Shown here in pieces: positions 57,785-64,000 of a DNA stretch of 64,000 bases. Numbering within the stretch: the stretch's first letter is position 1; every line of letters begins with the position of its first letter. The position numbers and the translations under genes were made by a program. A model generated the notes under the pieces. It worked only from the letters and a program-made list of their open reading frames with translations, searched no databases and was not told the DNA's origin. The DNA comes from Gemmatimonadales bacterium (GTDB lineage: Bacteria > Gemmatimonadota > Gemmatimonadetes > Gemmatimonadales > GWC2-71-9). The stretch covers positions 32,001 through 96,000 of the forward strand of contig JBFGJG010000009.1 of NCBI GenBank assembly GCA_041577295.1, written 5' to 3'.

Positions 57785-59079
57785 GCGTTCTGCCCTCCGA
57801 AGCCAAACGAATTACTGAGCGCCACATCGAACCGCACACCCCGCACCGCATTCGGGACATAGTCGAGGTCACACTCGGGATCCGGCGTCTCGTAGTTGAG
57901 CGTCGGTGGAGCAAATCCACTGGTCAGCGCCAGCACGCAGGCGCAGAACTCCACCCCGCCGGCGCCTGCCAGTAGATGACCGATCATTGACTTGATCGAG
58001 CTCACGGGAATCGCATCGGCGTTGCCGCGGAAGACTTCCCTGATCGCTCGGGTTTCCGTGCGATCGTTCATTGATGTGCCAGTACCGTGTGCATTGATGT
58101 AGCCGACATCCTGGGGGTCCGCCTCCGCGTCCGCGAGGCATCGCCGCATTGCTGTGGCAGCACCCGATGCGTCTGGCCGTTCATCGGTGATTCGGTACGC
58201 GTCGCAGGTGGCACTGTAGCCGGCTAGCTCGGCGAGGATCGGGGCCCCGCGGGCCCGGGCAAACCGCTCTCGTTCCAACAACACAACCCCCGCACCTTCG
58301 CCAATCACGAACCCATCACGGTCTCGATCGAACGGGCGTGCCGCGCGGGAGGGCTCGTCATTGCGACGGGAGAGCGTCCCGAGCATGCTGAATCCCAACA
58401 CGCCAACCGGGTTCACCATGGCGTCCGTTCCGCCGGCCAAAACGGCGTCAGCGTCACCTTGGCGAATCATCCGCATTGCATCGCCGATGGCCTGGGAGCC
58501 CGCTGTGCAAGCCGTCGCAACGCTGCTGTTGGGACCACGGGCATCGTGCTGAATGGCGACGTGGGCCGCTGCGAGATTGGGCAGACCGCGCAGCGCCAGG
58601 ATCGGGTTGGTGCGGGCACGATAGTGACGGGCAAATGACGGGACGTCAAACGTTGGGGTTCCAGCTTCGTGTCCAGCTGCGAGAACGGCGGTAGCCTCAC
58701 TCGCAAGCATATCGACATCAACCGGCCCCATTCCACCCACTCCGAGTGACACGCCCAAGCGCCCGGGATCGACTGCCTCGTGATCCAACTTGGCGTTCCC
58801 TCGTGCCATTTCGGCCGCCGCGACCGCGAATCGCGTGGCCCGGCTCATGAGTTTCAGCTGCTTTGGCTGGGTAACGAAGTCCGCCGCATCGAAGTCGCTG
58901 TCGTGAACCTCGGCCGCGATTTGAGTCTCGAAGCCATCGCAATCAAATGCGGTAATTCGGCCTACGCCCGACCGACCCGCACAGAGTGCTTGCGCAAAGT
59001 GATCCGCGCCTACGGCAATTGGGGTTACTACACCCACGCCCGTTACGAGCACACGTTCAGCTATCACCTGCTTCGGCAT
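57760..59079 (-). CDS. fabF: Beta-ketoacyl-ACP synthase II-like
   Basis: TACTAG (Cys), NAHGTGT, KSMIGH, SNSFGFGGQN. Confidence 0.92.
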   Translation of the reverse strand: MPKQVIAERVLVTGVGVVTPIAVGADHFAQALCAGRSGVGRITAFDCDGFETQIAAEVHDSDFDAADFVTQPKQLKLMSRATRFAVAAAEMARGNAKLDHEAVDPGRLGVSLGVGGMGPVDVDMLASEATAVLAAGHEAGTPTFDVPSFARHYRARTNPILALRGLPNLAAAHVAIQHDARGPNSSVATACTAGSQAIGDAMRMIRQGDADAVLAGGTDAMVNPVGVLGFSMLGTLSRRNDEPSRAARPFDRDRDGFVIGEGAGVVLLERERFARARGAPILAELAGYSATCDAYRITDERPDASGAATAMRRCLADAEADPQDVGYINAHGTGTSMNDRTETRAIREVFRGNADAIPVSSIKSMIGHLLAGAGGVEFCACVLALTSGFAPPTLNYETPDPECDLDYVPNAVRGVRFDVALSNSFGFGGQNACLLIRRC

Positions 59080-59524
59080 GGTCTCCACTCCAGACCCGCA
59101 GCATGTCCCGCCAAAATGCGCGATAAATCGGTGGTATGAGCTCTTGCTCGTTGAGCATGCGAAAGGTTAGGCGGGCGGTCGCAACTTCTCGCCCATTCAC
59201 CGTGGCAACGCCGATCACGCGGATGGTACTCTCGTGCACGGCCTCGATCTCGACGGCCAGTTCAACGGCATCCCCCGGCCGTGCGAACGAAGGAAAGCGT
59301 GCTCGGTCGATGGTAGCCATCAAGGCAATCTGCTGTTCGTACGTGCGTGCCAGGAGCACACCCGCCGTTTGCGCCAACCCCTCGAGCAAGTATACCCCGG
59401 GGAAGATCGGATTGCCGGGAAAGTGCTCGTTGAAGACGTCTTCGCTGAGGGCCACCGCCTTGAGTCCAACAGCCCGCTGCCCGGGCAGTAGAGTGACGAT
59501 TCGGTCTACCCAATAGTGGCGCAT
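59057..59524 (-). CDS. fabZ: 3-hydroxyacyl-ACP dehydratase, FabZ-like
   Basis: VDRI, HFPGNPIFPGVYLLEGLAQ, RPGD. Confidence 0.88.
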   Translation of the reverse strand: MRHYWVDRIVTLLPGQRAVGLKAVALSEDVFNEHFPGNPIFPGVYLLEGLAQTAGVLLARTYEQQIALMATIDRARFPSFARPGDAVELAVEIEAVHESTIRVIGVATVNGREVATARLTFRMLNEQELIPPIYRAFWRDMLRVWSGDHAEAGDS

Positions 59525-59525
59525 G

Positions 59526-60299
59526 TCAATAGAGATCGAACCCGCCGTCCGCGACGATCACCTGACCACGTATCCAACGCGCATCCGGCCCCAATAGGAA
59601 CCCGATGACTGGTGCCAGATCTGCCGGACGCCCCATGCGACCTGGCGGACGCCGTCGGCTCTCCGATTCGAGTTCCGCATACTGGGGAAAGCTTCGCAAC
59701 GAATCCGTGTCGAGGGGACCACCACAAACCGCATTGACGTTGATGTCGGTAGGCGCGAGCTCAGCGGCGAGATATCGGACGATCGTCTCCAAGCTACCCT
59801 TGGCCGCGCCGATCGAAGCGTAACCGGGTAAGACCCGTCGCGCACCGAGGCTCGTGACCGCAACCACCGCAGCGGGCACACGGAAGAGATGCCGCCCGCG
59901 CGTAACGAGCTCGACCAGCGCTCCCACGTGCGTGTCCCACGCGATGCGCCAGCGCGGGCCGCGCGTCGCCGTCGCTGGTGAGAGTGCTCCGAGACCCGCG
60001 CAGTGTACGAGACCATCGAGCCGTCCAACCTCTCCCTCGATGCGTCCCACCAAGGCTTGGCACTCCTGCGCACTTGCCAGGTTTCCCTTGTGAAGCAGGA
60101 CTCGCTGACCGCTGGCTCGCACGCGCTCCGCTACTTCCTCGGCGGCAGCATCGTTGCGAAGGTAGGCAATGATGAGATTCCAATGGCGGGCTGCCAACTC
60201 GCCCGATACTGCGCCTCCCACACCGCGGCTCCCCCCTGTTACCAGCACCCACCGGTTTGCCGCGGACGGCTCGTTGTGTACAGCAGGGGCGCCGTCCAT
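59526..60299 (-). CDS. SDR oxidoreductase, FabL-type enoyl-ACP reductase-like
   Basis: TGGSRGVG, YASIGAAK (YX6K), RYLAAEL, DTDSL, GQVIVADGG. Confidence 0.82.
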   Translation of the reverse strand: MDGAPAVHNEPSAANRWVLVTGGSRGVGGAVSGELAARHWNLIIAYLRNDAAAEEVAERVRASGQRVLLHKGNLASAQECQALVGRIEGEVGRLDGLVHCAGLGALSPATATRGPRWRIAWDTHVGALVELVTRGRHLFRVPAAVVAVTSLGARRVLPGYASIGAAKGSLETIVRYLAAELAPTDINVNAVCGGPLDTDSLRSFPQYAELESESRRRPPGRMGRPADLAPVIGFLLGPDARWIRGQVIVADGGFDLY

Positions 60300-60310
60300 C
60301 TACGCCGACG

Positions 60311-61804
60311 TTACCGCTGCTGCTGAGGACGGGCAATCTCACGGTTGGCGTACCGCTCGGCGGCAAGTTGAGCAGCGGCCCCCGCTACCTCAGTGATGCG
60401 GTCCAGCATCTCCGTCTGCGGCGTACCTTGCGCCGCCAGATGCAGCTGGTAGTACCCGCGACTGTGGAGCAAAACGGTCCGGTCCATGTCGGGTCGGGCT
60501 CGTGGAGCCGGAAACTCCAAGTCTGCCCAATCACCGGTCCGCGGCATTGCATAGTACCGATCATCCGCGCCGGCAATTGCGCCGCGGATGTCTTCACCCC
60601 TGTGGTCCACGGCCCGAACAGCCGTCACGGTGTCCACATCCACGACGACGTCCGGACCATAGTCCACCGTAAACGAGTTGAGCGCCCAAAAACCCCGTGG
60701 CGGCTGAATCCGCAGACGCAGCTCGTTCCCTTGTACGTTGTGAACGTCCAACGGGACGACTCGATCTTCGGCAATGAACGGACCGCCGCCCGGAAGCAGT
60801 CCACGAACCGCCCAACCATCCGGCTCCTCGACGGAGATCTTGAGCGTGTACAGTTCCTCGCGGAGGTTCCAGGCGAACAACGAGTCGCGGGCTTGGACAT
60901 CGCCGTCGATCATCGCATACCATGCCTCCACCTCATTGCCTCGCAGCTCGAGCATTTCACGGATCATGTGCGACCCCCAGAGCCCCGTTGCGACGTTCGC
61001 GACCAGCCTCGCGCTGGTGGCTCCGTCGGGCTTCGGGAATGTCAAAACGATCTCCTGTCGGGCGTCCGCGTCAGGCTCAGCAGGAGGCGGCTCCCAGATA
61101 CGCCGATCCGTCGCCTGCAACCAGTGGGTGAGATCCCGTCCCTCGCCGTCCGTGGCCGAGGTCAATCGCCGCTGCGCATTCACGGTGTAGAGGTTGCCAA
61201 ACTCATCCACGGCCACGCGGGTCCCCTTCGGGTGATGTACCACCCAGAGCTCGAACAAGTTGGTGTACTGGGTCTCGCGGACTTCGTTCGTGACTCGCAA
61301 TCGATAGATGCCACTGTCTTCGCGCAGGTTTTCAAGCTCGGAGTAATCGTCGCGCTCCAATCCCCTTGTGACTGCGCCGCCGTACGGTTCGGCGTCGAAG
61401 ACGTAGCGGCTACCATCCCAGGAGTAGACGAAGGGACACGATTCCTTAGTCGCGATCGCAACGAGCGCAACAGCTGTAAAGATGAGGAGCGGTACGCCGA
61501 TAACGGCGGCAATCGTCGCTGGCACGTTGACGGATTTTCGCTCGATCCACACGCGCTCGACGTCCGTGAGCGCGACGTGGTAGGCCCTCCCTTGAACTCT
61601 CGCGAAAATCGTGTCCCTAGCGATCGAAGCTGGACCATCGAAGTGGACGGCCTGGCCACTCACGGTAGTCACAGCGATGATACGCTCTTCGGTCGGGACT
61701 CTCGCCTCTTCGGGGGTGGCTACGGTTGTGCTTGTTGAGTAGCAGCTGGTGAACTGGATCAGGAAGGAACACCACACAAGGATCGCGACGCAGCGTCTCA
61801 ACAT
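60311..61804 (-). CDS. Hypothetical lipoprotein/membrane protein with an SCPFVY domain
   Basis: FTSC lipobox, internal TM segment, SCPFVYSWDG...HHP...RGYY beta-rich domain. Confidence 0.8.
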   Translation of the reverse strand: MLRRCVAILVWCSFLIQFTSCYSTSTTVATPEEARVPTEERIIAVTTVSGQAVHFDGPASIARDTIFARVQGRAYHVALTDVERVWIERKSVNVPATIAAVIGVPLLIFTAVALVAIATKESCPFVYSWDGSRYVFDAEPYGGAVTRGLERDDYSELENLREDSGIYRLRVTNEVRETQYTNLFELWVVHHPKGTRVAVDEFGNLYTVNAQRRLTSATDGEGRDLTHWLQATDRRIWEPPPAEPDADARQEIVLTFPKPDGATSARLVANVATGLWGSHMIREMLELRGNEVEAWYAMIDGDVQARDSLFAWNLREELYTLKISVEEPDGWAVRGLLPGGGPFIAEDRVVPLDVHNVQGNELRLRIQPPRGFWALNSFTVDYGPDVVVDVDTVTAVRAVDHRGEDIRGAIAGADDRYYAMPRTGDWADLEFPAPRARPDMDRTVLLHSRGYYQLHLAAQGTPQTEMLDRITEVAGAAAQLAAERYANREIARPQQQR

Positions 61805-62097
61805 GGTCGCCCACCTCGGAATGTTTCCGCTAATCTACGCCTCATCTGGAGCTCGCGATAGAAGCGGATCCCCTCCCGTTCCGTCCGGCGGTCCGCACGA
61901 CAAGCGTATCGCCCGCCCAAACACAGCATGGGCCAGCCAGCGAACCGGAGCGCTCGACTGGCGGAATCGCTCCCCAAGACCCATTCTTGATCGGGACAAT
62001 CCCGCCAGCTCTGAAGCACCGGCTACCCCGCCAGCCGGGGGCAAAGCCGCCAATCAGTCAACTCCTGTCGACGCCACTTAGAGAAGGGGGAAAACGC

Positions 62098-62589
62098 GTG
62101 CACAAGCGAACCACCTGCGCGACGTTGTTGCTGCTGCTGGTTGCGCCCACCATGCTGCTGGCGCAGCAGGGGATGGCCAAGGGGCAATTCGGGAGCCGGA
62201 TCACCGCGTCGCAAACGACCGACCTACCGGACGGCCGAAGCATCGTCGTGAACCACTATTATCAGGCGACGTTTGCAGACAATGCGCGTCATCCGCTCAA
62301 CAACCTGGCCGCCGACTGTGTGGGGCAACTTCTCATGTCACAAGACGGCAACCCGCTCTCCGCCAGCGGCTTCTGCTTTGGGAAAGACACCGCGGGAGAC
62401 GGCCTCAGCTTTTCGTGGCGGATGGAGGAGGCGGGCACGAGCGCCTGCCCCGCCCTGTGCGGGACGTTCCGCTTCGTGAACGGCTTTGGGAAGTTCACAG
62501 GCGTTACGGGCAATGGCTCGTGGCGCGTGACCGCGCCATTTGCCGACGGCAACATGGGGGTGTGGGAGAGTTCGTTCTCCGTTCCGTAG
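62098..62589 (+). CDS. Secreted hypothetical beta-rich protein
   Basis: AAGGGGG RBS, signal peptide, four Cys in the mature region, GFGKFTGVTGNG. Confidence 0.72.
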   Translation: MHKRTTCATLLLLLVAPTMLLAQQGMAKGQFGSRITASQTTDLPDGRSIVVNHYYQATFADNARHPLNNLAADCVGQLLMSQDGNPLSASGFCFGKDTAGDGLSFSWRMEEAGTSACPALCGTFRFVNGFGKFTGVTGNGSWRVTAPFADGNMGVWESSFSVP

Positions 62590-62674
62590 CAGACGATGCG
62601 CGGGCGGCGTGGGGAGGTGGAACTGGGATCAGCGCGTTGCGATCTCTCCGTTTCTCGCGCGAAAGGAGTCCGCC

Positions 62675-63121
62675 ATGCCGAGCCCAGAGAGCGTGGTTAC
62701 AGTGACGGCGACGGTATCGGTCCTACTGGCCGCTTGTGCGGCAACCACGGATCTAACCACTCGGCCGCTCGACGCCGGTGAGGCCTTCCAGTACCACGCG
62801 ACGCAATCAGCAATAGTCGAGGCCGCGCGACAAGCCATCACGGACGCAAAGTTTGCGCTGGAATCAGAGCAAACTCCCGATGACTCGACGACGGTGCTCA
62901 TCGGGACGAGGGCCACCACAACTCCTCGTGGGTTCGAGAAGGTCTCAGTGCGGATCGTCGCGCGACAAGTCTCGGATTCGGTGACGACGGTCCACTTGGT
63001 TGGACAAAAACAGACCATTCAGTCCGGACATCGGACACGAGTCACGCAGGTGCACGTCCATCAGTTGATCCCTTCGTTTGCAGCGCACCGCCGGTGGCGC
63101 GCCGTCAACAAACGGCCCTGA
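62675..63121 (+). CDS. Hypothetical lipoprotein
   Basis: AAGGAG RBS, LAAC lipobox. The C-terminus looks atypical. Confidence 0.6.
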   Translation: MPSPESVVTVTATVSVLLAACAATTDLTTRPLDAGEAFQYHATQSAIVEAARQAITDAKFALESEQTPDDSTTVLIGTRATTTPRGFEKVSVRIVARQVSDSVTTVHLVGQKQTIQSGHRTRVTQVHVHQLIPSFAAHRRWRAVNKRP

Positions 63122-63145
63122 GCATCGAGGAGCATCGGCCAAAAC

Positions 63146-63172
63146 GAAAGCCGCGACTTTGTCGCGGCTTTC
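63146..63172. terminator. Hairpin terminator between convergent genes
   Basis: GAAAGCCGCGAC-TTT-GTCGCGGCTTTC. Confidence 0.75.
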
Positions 63173-63212
63173 TCGCGCATCGGTGTGGCGAGGGCGCACG
63201 TCTTCGCAGTTG

Positions 63213-64000
63213 CTAGCGCCCGCCCGCGGGCTCCAACCGGAGAATGGGCGTCGGCTCGCCACGCCGGCTATCGATGGCCAGATAGATGTATCCGTCTGGG
63301 CCCTGACGGACGTCGCGGATGCGGCCCATGCCCTGCACGAGCGTCTCTTCGTGCACCACCCGCTGCCCCTCGAGCGTGAGACGGGCCAACTGCTCACCCA
63401 CCATCCCCCCGACAAAGACGTTCCCCCGCCAGGCTGGGAAGCGGTCACCGGTATAGATCATCATGCCGGAGATCCCAATGGAGGGTACCCAGATGTGCAC
63501 GGGCTGCTCCATCCCCTCCTGATGGGTGGCGTGGTGAATCGCGGCGCCTGTGCGGTAGTTGACACCGTAGCCGATGACCGGCCACCCGTAGTTTTTGCCG
63601 GGCATCACGAGGTTGAGCTCGTCACCACCCTGGGGCCCGTGTTCGTTCAGCCAGACGTCTCCCGTGTGGGGATGGATGGCGAGGCCCTGTCCGTTGCGGT
63701 GCCCATAACTCCAGATCTCGGGGCGGGCACCAGAGCGACCGACGAACGGGTTGTCGTTCGGGACTCGGCCATCCTCATGGAGCCGAATGGTGGTACCATG
63801 ATGGTTCGAGAGATCTTGGGCCGGGTGCGCGGGCAGATCTCCTTCCGGCGGAGCCTGCCGGTCTCCGATCGTGAGATACAGATACCCCTTGCCATCAAAG
63901 GCCAGCCGACAGCCGTAGTGGCCACGACCACGGGATGCCGCCTCGAAGATCTCTTGGACGTTCGATAGACGATCGTTCTCGAACCGCGCGCGAATCACCG
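63213..64000 (-). CDS. PQQ-dependent sugar dehydrogenase (GSDH/aldose sugar DH), 5'-truncated
   Basis: HYGCRLAF, PNDNPF, SYGHRNGQG, EHGPQGGDELN, NYGWP, RIRDV. Confidence 0.92.
   Translation of the reverse strand, partial: VIRARFENDRLSNVQEIFEAASRGRGHYGCRLAFDGKGYLYLTIGDRQAPPEGDLPAHPAQDLSNHHGTTIRLHEDGRVPNDNPFVGRSGARPEIWSYGHRNGQGLAIHPHTGDVWLNEHGPQGGDELNLVMPGKNYGWPVIGYGVNYRTGAAIHHATHQEGMEQPVHIWVPSIGISGMMIYTGDRFPAWRGNVFVGGMVGEQLARLTLEGQRVVHEETLVQGMGRIRDVRQGPDGYIYLAIDSRRGEPTPILRLEPAGGR

Noticed and set aside
57476..60299. Aryl-polyene, ladderane or type II PKS assignment for the fab cluster
   Set aside because: No chain-length factor, radical SAM, AMP-ligase or acyltransferase genes in the window.

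Overview
High-GC bacterial chromosomal segment, densely coding. The gene repertoire is consistent with Gemmatimonadota, but that is an inference. I saw no rRNA, tRNA, CRISPR array, transposase or phage gene. Main blocks: (1) the 5' end of a V/A-type ATPase operon (- strand, runs off the left edge), divergent from a tightly packed, mostly translationally coupled membrane-bound group 1 [NiFe]-hydrogenase operon (small and large subunits, cytochrome b, protease, hypABF, hemerythrin-like protein, hypCDE, MenA-like prenyltransferase); (2) mixed housekeeping and envelope genes (mtnA, hisN-like, MgtC, TPR/FG-GAP, M23, CASTOR/POLLUX-like channel, ppc, Ca/Na antiporter); (3) a four-gene porin plus multiheme-cytochrome cluster with 42 CxxCH and 3 CX4CH motifs, which looks like a complete inner-membrane-to-surface extracellular electron transfer conduit and is the strongest candidate for an undescribed system; (4) recF-dciA, and glgP preceded by two paralogous membrane proteins; (5) a secreted peptidase operon, TPR-HD-GYP, a PQQ dehydrogenase with an unusual CxxCH, an NhaP-PTS IIA fusion, an Xre/RES toxin-antitoxin pair, a serine hydrolase and a choice-of-anchor B protein; (6) a stand-alone type II FAS-like mini-operon headed by an unknown lipoprotein. 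Calls come from reading motifs by eye; no database searches were run.
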